Below, one piece after another: positions 40,219 to 48,310 of a stretch of DNA of 64,000 nucleotides. The notes beneath the pieces were generated by a model that saw only the letters and a program-made list of their open reading frames with translations, had not been told where the DNA came from and searched no databases. The stretch is from Patescibacteria group bacterium. GTDB taxonomy: Bacteria; Patescibacteriota; Minisyncoccia; GCA-002772825. The DNA is taken from the NCBI GenBank assembly GCA_024654625.1, contig JANLHB010000016.1, positions 64,137 to 128,136 of the forward strand, read 5' to 3'. The position numbers and the translations under genes are program-made. Every line of letters begins with the position of its first letter. The stretch's first letter is position 1.

Positions 40219-40222
40219 TAAT

Positions 40223-41170
40223 ATGATAATGAAGATTGAAGAAAATATCTCCTTAGCGCCCTTCACTACTTTTAAAGTGGGCGGTATCGCGCGTTATTTT
40301 GTCTCTGTTTCCGATAAACAGGAACTTTTTGACGCGCTTCTATGGGCAAAAGATAAGGGGTTGCTAATTTTTATTTTAGGCGGAGGTTCTAATGTTTTAA
40401 TTTCCGATTCCGGTTTTGCGGGACTTGTTATAAGGATTCAAATTAAAGGATTATCAATTGATGGTCTGAGAATTGTTGCATCTTCCGGTGAAAGTTTGGC
40501 GAAGCTTGTACAGTCTTCGGCAGAGCATTCACTCTCCGGACTTGAGTGGGCGGTCGGTATACCAGGAACTGTCGGTGGAGCCGTCCGTGGCAATGCCGGA
40601 GCGTTTGGAAAGAGCATCTCTCTTAATATTGAAGAAGTGGAAACCATTAACCTTGATACTTTGGCTGTTAAAAAATTTAATAGGGAAGAATGTCTTTTTG
40701 ATTATAGGGAATCTCTGTTTAAAAAAGATCCCAGATTTATTATTTTGTCTGTCGTATTGAAGATGAAACAAGGCAAAGAAGATGAGATAAGAAATATTAT
40801 GATTGAGAATACAAAGTCGCGCGCCTCGTCTTGTGATTACTGCGGCAAGTCAGCCGGGTGCTTCTTTAAAAATATTTCCTGGGATAATATTGGTATAGAT
40901 AAAGAGAAATTGATCTCAACTTTTCCTCTGTTTAAAAAAGTGGAAAATAAATATAAATTGCCAGCCGGCTTTTTAATACAAGAGGCTGGATTGTCCGGAG
41001 TGAATATAGGAGAAGCTTTTGTGTCAGAAAAGCACTGCAATTATATTTTGAATAAAGGGAACGCGACAGCGAAAGATGTAAGATCACTAGCTGAGCTTTG
41101 CAAGAAAAAAGTTTATGAAAAATTTAAAATTAAAATTGAAGAAGAAGTTCAGCTGGTTGGGAATTTTTAA
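40223..41170 (+). CDS. murB: UDP-N-acetylmuramate dehydrogenase
   Basis: TTFKVGG.A; GGGSNVL; GIPGTVGGAVRGNAGAFG; SAGCFFKN; SEKHCNY. Confidence 0.97.
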   Translation: MIMKIEENISLAPFTTFKVGGIARYFVSVSDKQELFDALLWAKDKGLLIFILGGGSNVLISDSGFAGLVIRIQIKGLSIDGLRIVASSGESLAKLVQSSAEHSLSGLEWAVGIPGTVGGAVRGNAGAFGKSISLNIEEVETINLDTLAVKKFNREECLFDYRESLFKKDPRFIILSVVLKMKQGKEDEIRNIMIENTKSRASSCDYCGKSAGCFFKNISWDNIGIDKEKLISTFPLFKKVENKYKLPAGFLIQEAGLSGVNIGEAFVSEKHCNYILNKGNATAKDVRSLAELCKKKVYEKFKIKIEEEVQLVGNF

Positions 41171-41214
41171 ATTTAAAAAAAATAATTTATTTTAATAATT
41201 TATTTTTTGAAAAG

Positions 41215-41223
41215 TTATCCACA
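41215..41223 (+). promoter_or_regulatory. Consensus DnaA box
   Basis: TTATCCACA in an AT-rich intergenic region. Confidence 0.6.
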
Positions 41224-41339
41224 GTTTTGATTTTTTTTTGTTGTTTTTATTCTCTTAAAGAAAGATAATTATATTAAAGAACTTGAAATAACATTTCAAA
41301 AGGTCGATGTTATTATAAATTTTTAAGTTTTAAAATAAA

Positions 41340-41435
41340 ATGGCTACAAAAAGAAAAGCTGCGAAGAAAAAGACTGTAAAGAAAGCTGCAAAGAAAAAGA
41401 CTGCAAAAAGAAAACCAGCAAAGAGAAAAAAATAA
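41340..41435 (+). CDS. 31-aa Lys/Ala-rich histone-H1-like peptide; absent from the ORF track
   Basis: MATKRKAAKKKTVKKAAKKKTAKRKPAKRKK; own leader and own terminator. Confidence 0.8.
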   Translation: MATKRKAAKKKTVKKAAKKKTAKRKPAKRKK

Positions 41436-41453
41436 GATAAAGCGCAAAGCTTT

Positions 41454-41477
41454 AACCCCCGCCAAGGCGGGGGTTTT
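41454..41477 (+). terminator. Intrinsic terminator
   Basis: AACCCCCGCC-aa-GGCGGGGGTT followed by TT. Confidence 0.8.
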
Positions 41478-41513
41478 AGTTTGCTTAAATACATGCTAAT
41501 ATATAGGACTAAT

Positions 41514-44018
41514 ATGTCATTTTTATCTAAAATAAATAATAGCATTTTTAATAAGGAAAGCCCTTTACTCAAAGAAGGCCGAAATCTTGTGCTTAAAATC
41601 AACGATATAGAAATTGATATCAGTACTCTGAAAGATGAAGATCTCCCTTTAAAAACAATTGAATTAAAAGACAGAATATCAAAAGGAGAAACGCTGGATG
41701 ATATTTTACCTGATGCTTTTGCCCTAGTAAGAGAAGCGGCAAAAAGGACTCTTGGACAGAGGCATTATGATGTTCAGTTATTAGGCGGTATAGTGCTCCA
41801 TAAAGGAGGAATTGCTGAGATGAAAACAGGAGAAGGTAAAACTCTTGTTGCCACTCTTCCTGCATATCTTAACGCACTCTCTGGAAAAGGAGTTCATGTT
41901 GTTACTGTTAATGATTATCTTTCAAGAAGAGATGCTGTATGGATGGGACAAGTTTATCATTATCTTGGTCTTTCTGTAGGATGCATAAATCACGAATCTT
42001 CTTTCTTATATGATCCAACTCATGAAAAAAATGACTTGGATAAAGAAAGAGACGAGAAAGGAAGTTACCAAGTTGTTCATGAGTTTTTGAAACCGTGTTC
42101 CAGGAGGAAGGCTTATTCAGCTGATATAACTTATGGCACTAATAATGAGTTTGGTTTTGATTATTTGAGAGACAACATTGTCTATAATGAAAGCGAGTTG
42201 TCTCAGAGAGATTTTCATTATGCGATTGTTGATGAGATTGACTCTATATTGATAGACGAAGCAAGGACGCCTCTCATCATCTCCGCCCCGTCGGCTGAGT
42301 CAGAGGATCTTTATAAGACATTTGCTAAGATTGCCGAGAAGATGAATAGAGAGGAAGATTATGAAGTTGATGAAAAGCTTCGCGCTATATCTTTGACAGA
42401 GGAGGGGATAGATAAAGCGGAAAAAATTCTTGGTATAGGAAATATCTATACCGAGAAAGGAATTAAATATGTGCACCACCTGGAGACCGCCGTTCGCGCC
42501 AAGGCGCTCTTTGAAAGGGATAAAGATTATGTGGTTAAAAATGACGAAGTGATAATAGTAGATGAATTTACGGGGAGGCTTCAGCCGGGCAGACGCTGGT
42601 CGGAGGGTCTTCATCAGGCTGTTGAAGCAAAAGAAGGAGTTTCTGTGCAAAGAGAAAGCCGGACTTTTGCAAGCGTTACTTTCCAAAATTATTTTAGGAT
42701 GTATGAGAAGCTTTCCGGCATGACGGGAACCGCCATGACTTCAGCCGAAGAATTTCACAAAGTCTACAATTTGGATGTTGCTTCTATCCCTACGAACAAG
42801 CCTTTATTGAGAAAAGACAATGAGGATTTTATTTTTCAGACATCAGGGGGAAGGTTTAAGGCAGTGGCGGAGAAAGTGAAAGAGCTCCACGGCAAAGACC
42901 AGCCTGTGCTTGTGGGAACAGTCTCCATAGAGAGAAATGAATATCTTTCATTGCTGTTAAAGAAAGAGGGCGTGCCACACGAAGTTTTAAATGCAAAGAA
43001 TCATGAAAAAGAAGGAGAGATCATAGCCCAAGCAGGAAAGCTTGGCAGAGTGACTATTGCCACCAATATGGCCGGCCGAGGAGTGGACGTTGTCTTAGGC
43101 GGCAATCCTCCTGATAAAGAGGAACAAGAAAAAGTGAAAGAACTTGGCGGTCTTTATGTGATAGGTACAGGGCGACATGAAGCAAGACGCATAGATAACC
43201 AGTTAAGAGGACGTTCCGGCAGGCAAGGCGACCCAGGAGAGACACGATTTTATGTGTCTCTTGAGGATGACTTAATGAGGGTCTTTGGTTCGGACCGTAT
43301 TAAGTCTATGATGGGCAGGTTTGGCATCCCAGAAGACCAGCCTATTGAAAATAGATTAGTCACAAAATCTCTTGAAGCGGCTCAGACTAAAATAGAGGGA
43401 ATGAATTTTGACTCTAGGAAACATATTTTAGAGTATGACGATGTTTTAAATAAACAGAGGAAAGCTATATATTCCAGGAGGAGGAATGCGCTCTTAGGAG
43501 ATAGAGATTCTTTACTTGCTAATATAGAGGATGTTTATAAAAATTATGAGGAGTTATTTGATGTTGTTATTAAAAAAAGAGAAGAGATGGGCGACGAGTT
43601 ATTTTTTAAAAACTTAAGAATGACTATGTTACAGAATATTGATATGCTTTGGCTTGAGCATTTGGAAGCGATGGATTATGTGCGTTCTTCTGTGAGACTT
43701 CGGGCTTTCGGTCAGAGAGATCCTTTGATTGAATACAAGAATGAAGGTTTACGACTTTTCCATGAGCTTGAAGAGACAATAGATTCTAATCTGATAAAAC
43801 TTGTTCCTCATATGGGTGGGGGTGTCTTTATGGAAGAGAAGAAAAAACTTGAAGAAGTGCACAAAAGCGGCGCACTGATAGGTGGTAGCAATCCTCCCAA
43901 GGCGGATGCTCAAACTGGCAATTCCGCAAGAAGCGGAAGCCAGTTTGGCAAAGTCGGACGCAATGATCCCTGTCCGTGTGGTAGTGGAAAAAAATATAAA
44001 AAGTGTCATGGGTCATGA
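41514..44018 (+). CDS. secA: Preprotein translocase ATPase SecA
   Basis: AEMKTGEGKT; IVDEIDSILIDEARTP; RIDNQLRGRSGRQGDPG; C-terminal GRNDPCPCGSGKKYKKCHG. Confidence 0.99.
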   Translation: MSFLSKINNSIFNKESPLLKEGRNLVLKINDIEIDISTLKDEDLPLKTIELKDRISKGETLDDILPDAFALVREAAKRTLGQRHYDVQLLGGIVLHKGGIAEMKTGEGKTLVATLPAYLNALSGKGVHVVTVNDYLSRRDAVWMGQVYHYLGLSVGCINHESSFLYDPTHEKNDLDKERDEKGSYQVVHEFLKPCSRRKAYSADITYGTNNEFGFDYLRDNIVYNESELSQRDFHYAIVDEIDSILIDEARTPLIISAPSAESEDLYKTFAKIAEKMNREEDYEVDEKLRAISLTEEGIDKAEKILGIGNIYTEKGIKYVHHLETAVRAKALFERDKDYVVKNDEVIIVDEFTGRLQPGRRWSEGLHQAVEAKEGVSVQRESRTFASVTFQNYFRMYEKLSGMTGTAMTSAEEFHKVYNLDVASIPTNKPLLRKDNEDFIFQTSGGRFKAVAEKVKELHGKDQPVLVGTVSIERNEYLSLLLKKEGVPHEVLNAKNHEKEGEIIAQAGKLGRVTIATNMAGRGVDVVLGGNPPDKEEQEKVKELGGLYVIGTGRHEARRIDNQLRGRSGRQGDPGETRFYVSLEDDLMRVFGSDRIKSMMGRFGIPEDQPIENRLVTKSLEAAQTKIEGMNFDSRKHILEYDDVLNKQRKAIYSRRRNALLGDRDSLLANIEDVYKNYEELFDVVIKKREEMGDELFFKNLRMTMLQNIDMLWLEHLEAMDYVRSSVRLRAFGQRDPLIEYKNEGLRLFHELEETIDSNLIKLVPHMGGGVFMEEKKKLEEVHKSGALIGGSNPPKADAQTGNSARSGSQFGKVGRNDPCPCGSGKKYKKCHGS

Positions 44019-44065
44019 GGGAAGCCTAAAAAACCTTTAAAACCGGGAATTTAAGCCAAAAGCTC

Positions 44066-44097
44066 AAACCCGATGTCTTACGAGACATCGGGTTTTT
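44066..44097 (+). terminator. Intrinsic terminator after secA
   Basis: AAACCCGATGTCT-tacg-AGACATCGGGTTT followed by TT. Confidence 0.85.
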
Positions 44098-44140
44098 GTA
44101 TTACCAACAGAAAGTGTCACGGGAATTAACCAATAAAAAT

Positions 44141-44389
44141 ATGAGCACAAACATGAGAAATTCACACTTAGAAAAATCGAAGCGAAACCAGCAGATCAAG
44201 AAGTTGCTGGCCAGCGGAAGGACTCAGGCGGAAGTCGCCAGAGAGTTCAACATCACTGTCCAGCGACTCAACCAACTGGTGCAGAAGTGGGTCTGGCAAG
44301 GACTCCTCGAAAGGAATGAGGAAGGGTTTGCCATGCCCTCAAAGGTCGAACACCAGCAAAAGTTATCCACAACCAATAAAAAAATATGA
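44141..44389 (+). CDS. Small HTH DNA-binding protein
   Basis: RNQQI..L...GRTQAEVAREFNITVQRLNQLV. Confidence 0.75.
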   Translation: MSTNMRNSHLEKSKRNQQIKKLLASGRTQAEVAREFNITVQRLNQLVQKWVWQGLLERNEEGFAMPSKVEHQQKLSTTNKKI

Positions 44390-44682
44390 ACTACGACAAA
44401 TACCAATTTGTCCTCGACTGGGATGATCTCCCCGAGGACTTCAAAGAAGAAAAGATAACCGAGTACATCGAAAAAGGCGGGAAGCGAGCATGCGAGGAAT
44501 GTGACGGGACCGGCTCAACCTCGATACCGGCAAGCCAAGAGGCCGGCGAGATCAAGGACGAAGAAACCCAAACATGCAGTCACTGCGGCGGATCAGGCGA
44601 GGTCGATCCCGATCCAGAGGATCTTCACCAACGAGAAGAAGCCGAAGATTACATCAAAGCGCACTTCCCGATTTATTTCTAA
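44386..44682 (+). CDS. Acidic protein with DnaJ-type zinc finger
   Basis: CEECDGTG...CSHCGGSG. Confidence 0.7.
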   Translation: MNYDKYQFVLDWDDLPEDFKEEKITEYIEKGGKRACEECDGTGSTSIPASQEAGEIKDEETQTCSHCGGSGEVDPDPEDLHQREEAEDYIKAHFPIYF

Positions 44683-44717
44683 AGGTCGAATTAATAAACC
44701 AATTAAAAATTACAACC

Positions 44718-44966
44718 ATGACAAAAGCACAATTGAAAAAATCCATCGATAAGGAGATTCGAGCGATGAGAAGCAGAATCACCGACATCGTAAAAAACCG
44801 AATCGCCGATCAGATCATCGATGACCTCGGAGACGAAACCGGCGAACTGATGGGAAAGCTGACAGTGGATTTCGTAGACGATCCCAAACTTACCGATTAC
44901 GCCTACGGAAAGATATACGATGCCCTGCTCGAGGAACTCATTAAGTACCTCAAGGGATCGAAATAA
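44718..44966 (+). CDS. Phage hypothetical protein (82 aa)
   Basis: MTKAQLKKS...; AGGTCG leader; phage-like codon usage. Confidence 0.65.
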   Translation: MTKAQLKKSIDKEIRAMRSRITDIVKNRIADQIIDDLGDETGELMGKLTVDFVDDPKLTDYAYGKIYDALLEELIKYLKGSK

Positions 44967-45001
44967 AGGTCGAACATTGAAAATCTAAAACCAACATCAC
45001 T

Positions 45002-45481
45002 ATGACAAACGAATGGCAAGAAAAACTCAAGAAGTTTCAAGAGGCCAGAAAAGCGAAATCCGAATGGTACGAAAAGACCGGCCGGGAAATCCTCGAAGAG
45101 CACCAGATAACGGCCTGCTACAAGTGCGACTGCCGAGGATGGGGACGGGAGACGAAACACAGCCGAGCCCACGCTCATACCAAGAAGCGAATCGTCTGCC
45201 TCGATGCTGTGCCAAAAGGATACAAGTCATTCTTCACCCTCCTGCACGAAATAGGACACATCGTAGCGGAGAAAGCGGACTACTCGAGCGGAGTGCCGAG
45301 ATCGCTGGCCGAACACAACGCTACCGAGTGGGCATATAAGACGCTGAAAGAACATGGCCTGCCGATCAAACGGAAAGTCAAAGGAGAATACGACAGCTAC
45401 ATCAAAGAAAAAGTCGCGCGAGGTCTGAGGCGAGGATTAAAAGAAATCCCAAAAGAACTTCGAAAGCATTTCAAAAGTTAG
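45002..45481 (+). CDS. HExxH zinc metallopeptidase-like protein (ImmA/IrrE-like)
   Basis: FTLLHEIGH...LAEHNA. Confidence 0.65.
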   Translation: MTNEWQEKLKKFQEARKAKSEWYEKTGREILEEHQITACYKCDCRGWGRETKHSRAHAHTKKRIVCLDAVPKGYKSFFTLLHEIGHIVAEKADYSSGVPRSLAEHNATEWAYKTLKEHGLPIKRKVKGEYDSYIKEKVARGLRRGLKEIPKELRKHFKS

Positions 45482-45718
45482 CAACTGACTCTGCTCTCGA
45501 TGAATCGAGATCAGAGATGAGGGGCTAAAAATAAAAGCAAAAGGTCGACCCTCAAGAATCAAGCACATTAATAACCTTATAACTGTTCCCGACCCGCTTC
45601 TGCCGAAGCGAGAAGGGATCTCCCGCCAAGCGGGACGAGTTGGAGCACAGCTATAAGAACTAACCCAGAACCTCTTCCCGAAAGGGAGCTCGGCGAAAGC
45701 CGAAGTTGGAGCAGAGGG
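45478..45718 (+). ncRNA. Candidate structured RNA region with one internal-loop motif and two tandem three-way-junction motifs
   Basis: Many stems, GAAA tetraloops, repeated AGTTGGAGCA and TCCC/GGGA; the first motif recurs at 47712. Confidence 0.6.
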
Positions 45719-45737
45719 AAAGGAACAAAACACAATC

Positions 45738-46001
45738 ATGGAAATAACACTCAAGTCCCACCGGGACTACATGAGTCGGATGCTTGGAAGCATGAGCGTC
45801 CGAGATGCCGAAAGACATTCAGGGTTTATTACAGCCCTATATGCTACCGAGGCCTTCTTAGTCGAAAGGACTCGAAAGGAATTAATTAAAAACAAGACCG
45901 ATCAGGCCCTGCTTAAAAAAGGCAAAAGCCCTGCTTTCGCAGAGCTCTCACCTATCTATGTCTTTAGCATAGCAAACCAGCCTGAAGCGGTCAATGCCTA
46001 A
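45738..46001 (+). CDS. Phage hypothetical protein
   Basis: 87-aa ORF overlapping the next start. Confidence 0.55.
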   Translation: MEITLKSHRDYMSRMLGSMSVRDAERHSGFITALYATEAFLVERTRKELIKNKTDQALLKKGKSPAFAELSPIYVFSIANQPEAVNA

Positions 46002-46806
46002 CAACATGACGGAAAAAACAACAACCAGAAAAGAGATCGTCGTGCCGCAAGTCGCCCTTCCCCAAAAGCGGGGAAGGCGACCGGCACCGCGAACCGAAGC
46101 GGTGATGCCGGCCGTGTCGGAAGCTCAAGAAAATGTCTATGAGCTTATGGATCGCAAAGACGATCAGCAGATTCTTGCCGAACTGCAAGGGAGATTCTTG
46201 GACGAGTATGTCTACGAATTCCCGCAGGACGGAAAAACGGTCACCGGCCTCTCATGGATCGGGACCAAGGAAGCGAGCCGGGAATATGGAGGCATCCAGG
46301 TCCCGCTCGAAAAATTAAAGATCATTGCCGAGGACGACAAGAGCGTCACGGTGGCGGTCGAGTCGTTTGATGTCTACACCGGCACCTCGCGGATAGGCCT
46401 CAAGCGACAGCAAAAGCACCTCCGCCTCCGAGACGGAAGGGTGCTGGAGAACCCCTTCTACTTCGAGCAAGCGGTATCCAAGGCCCAGCGAAACGCCATC
46501 AACGCGGTGATCCCATACACCTTCGTCAAAGCGTGGATTCAGCTCAAGAGAAAAGGCGCGACGCCAAAACAGATGCAGGAAGCCGAACAGCAAATCCAGG
46601 AGATCAAAGAGCAATCCGTAGATCAGAAAAAGATTCAGATTGCCGCCCTGCTCAAAAAACTCGGACACTCTCCTCAGGGTCCGGCCGAGTATCAAAAGGT
46701 CGTAAAAGACATTACTAACATAAAACTTGAGCCCCAAAACTACGATGAGGTCATCTCGCGATTGCAGATCAGCGTAGCCGAGGCCAATGGAAACGGAAAA
46801 CTATGA
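45994..46806 (+). CDS. Putative single-strand annealing protein (Sak/Rad52/ERF-like)
   Basis: AVSKAQRNAINAVIP helix; directly upstream of an exonuclease. Confidence 0.5.
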   Translation: MPNNMTEKTTTRKEIVVPQVALPQKRGRRPAPRTEAVMPAVSEAQENVYELMDRKDDQQILAELQGRFLDEYVYEFPQDGKTVTGLSWIGTKEASREYGGIQVPLEKLKIIAEDDKSVTVAVESFDVYTGTSRIGLKRQQKHLRLRDGRVLENPFYFEQAVSKAQRNAINAVIPYTFVKAWIQLKRKGATPKQMQEAEQQIQEIKEQSVDQKKIQIAALLKKLGHSPQGPAEYQKVVKDITNIKLEPQNYDEVISRLQISVAEANGNGKL

Positions 46807-47711
46807 ACGGACAAACACTAACCCACGAAGCCGCCTATCCGGCGGCAGTAAAGGAAAAAGAGAAGCGGCACTTCTCGGTCTCGCAACTGCTCACTTACCA
46901 GAAGTGTCCGCTCCACTACAAATTCCGCTACATCGACGGACTCAAGATTCCGCCAAGATCGGTAATGACGCTGGGAAGCTCGGTCCATGCCGCCCTCGAG
47001 CACAATTTTCGGCAGAAGATCGAAAGCCACAAGGATCTGAAAGTAAACGATGTGCTGGATGCTTTCTCCGACAGCTTTGACTTGGCAAAACAAGAGACGC
47101 TCTGGAATAAGGATGAGAACCCATCAATGGTCAAAGACGAGGGCGTGAATCTGGTGTGCGCCTACCACACCGGCAAAGACCGCCAAGGCGAACCATTCAT
47201 CTACCGAGAGCTCAATCCCAAGACGAGGAAGTACGAAAAGAAACCCGTCAAAGCGCTGTCGCCGACCATTCAACCGCTCATGGTCGAAGAACCCTTCGAG
47301 GTGAACTTCGACAATGTGGACTACAAATTTATCGGCCGAATGGACTTGGTGGATGACAAGATGAGAATCCGAGACACCAAGACGAGCGCGAGAACTCCGA
47401 CTCAAGATCAGGTGGACACTGACCTTCAGATGACCGCCTACAGCATGGGATTCCGGGTAAAGACCGGGAAGATCGAGAAGGGACTCGTGATGGATTACAT
47501 CGTCAAAAACGGCGTGCCGAAAGTGGTCAGCGTCGCCACCAAGAGAACCGAAGAGGATATTCAGCGACTCTTGAATCTTATGGCGAGAATTGCCCATGCC
47601 ATAGATTGCGGAGTGTTCTACTGCAGTTGCAACCCGATATTCTGCAACCCGAATAATTGCGGATATTGGGATTTAGGGAACGGCAGAGGTTGCAGATACG
47701 GAATCGGGTAA
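46803..47711 (+). CDS. PD-(D/E)XK RecB/Cas4-like exonuclease
   Basis: FSVSQL..Y.KCP; GSSVH.ALE; E..F; GRMDLV; DTKT; QMTAY; C-terminal Cys cluster. Confidence 0.88.
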   Translation: MNGQTLTHEAAYPAAVKEKEKRHFSVSQLLTYQKCPLHYKFRYIDGLKIPPRSVMTLGSSVHAALEHNFRQKIESHKDLKVNDVLDAFSDSFDLAKQETLWNKDENPSMVKDEGVNLVCAYHTGKDRQGEPFIYRELNPKTRKYEKKPVKALSPTIQPLMVEEPFEVNFDNVDYKFIGRMDLVDDKMRIRDTKTSARTPTQDQVDTDLQMTAYSMGFRVKTGKIEKGLVMDYIVKNGVPKVVSVATKRTEEDIQRLLNLMARIAHAIDCGVFYCSCNPIFCNPNNCGYWDLGNGRGCRYGIG

Positions 47712-47818
47712 TCGGCAACTGACAGCCGGCCCTACGGATCATCGTAGTTGCGTGATCCAGAAGTAGGACCGGCTGATGAGAGGCCGGGAAGAAGTCCGAG
47801 TGCGGACTTCTTCTTCGG
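47712..47818 (+). ncRNA. Candidate structured RNA (second copy of the internal-loop motif plus a hairpin)
   Basis: TCGGC-AACTGA-[long stem]-ATGAGAG-GCCGG; then GAAGAAGTCCG/CGGACTTCTTC. Confidence 0.55.
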
Positions 47819-47832
47819 GGGGAAGAAACTAT

Positions 47833-48084
47833 ATGACATATACAAAAACAACAACTGAATACAGACAACCGACCAGCGCCGAGCAGTACCGCTTTTTGTG
47901 CGGCATTTTGCTTCCGCAAATTCAAGCCGTTTTTGGTTGTGATCGAAAAACCGCGCATAAACGCATGAGAGACAGGCTCATCGAGTGGGGCTACATCAAA
48001 CGATCCCGATCCGAGCTCGCCTATCATCAGACCATAGAGATCACGCAAAGGTTCAAAAATTATTTAGCAAAACAAAAAACATGA
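47833..48084 (+). CDS. NinB/Orf-like recombination accessory protein
   Basis: TSAEQYRFLCG..L..I...FG....AH...SRSEL pattern. Confidence 0.45.
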   Translation: MTYTKTTTEYRQPTSAEQYRFLCGILLPQIQAVFGCDRKTAHKRMRDRLIEWGYIKRSRSELAYHQTIEITQRFKNYLAKQKT

Positions 48085-48305
48085 CTGATTTAGAAAAAGC
48101 AAAAATTTTATATGAGTGCCAATTTTGGATGGGTGGTAACGGTCACTTTTATTTGAGCCCCGAAGATGTGGCTGAAGTTTTGCGACTTATGCGAACAAAG
48201 AAAAACCCCGAAGCCCTAAAGGTCGCATTGCGGGATTTTTACGATAACCACCCGAAAGCAAAAGCGGTCGATCGGGGGTTAGAAGAAAATTATTTGGAAT
48301 ACTAA
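48081..48305 (+). CDS. Phage hypothetical protein
   Basis: 74-aa ORF starting MTDLEKAK. Confidence 0.55.
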   Translation: MTDLEKAKILYECQFWMGGNGHFYLSPEDVAEVLRLMRTKKNPEALKVALRDFYDNHPKAKAVDRGLEENYLEY

Positions 48306-48310
48306 CTTTT

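Noticed and set aside
41330-41602. 90-aa minus-strand Phe-rich ORF
   Set aside because: Antisense mirror of the Lys-rich peptide and the secA start.
45478-45528. Twister ribozyme (AA.../GAGGG internal loop)
   Set aside because: Lacks the P2 pairing and the conserved P4 loop and pseudoknot nucleotides.
47773-47830. CTGATGAG...GAAAC as a hammerhead ribozyme
   Set aside because: No closing stem II pair before GAAA and no plausible stem I/III with an NUH site; the CTGATGA is better explained by the repeated internal-loop motif.
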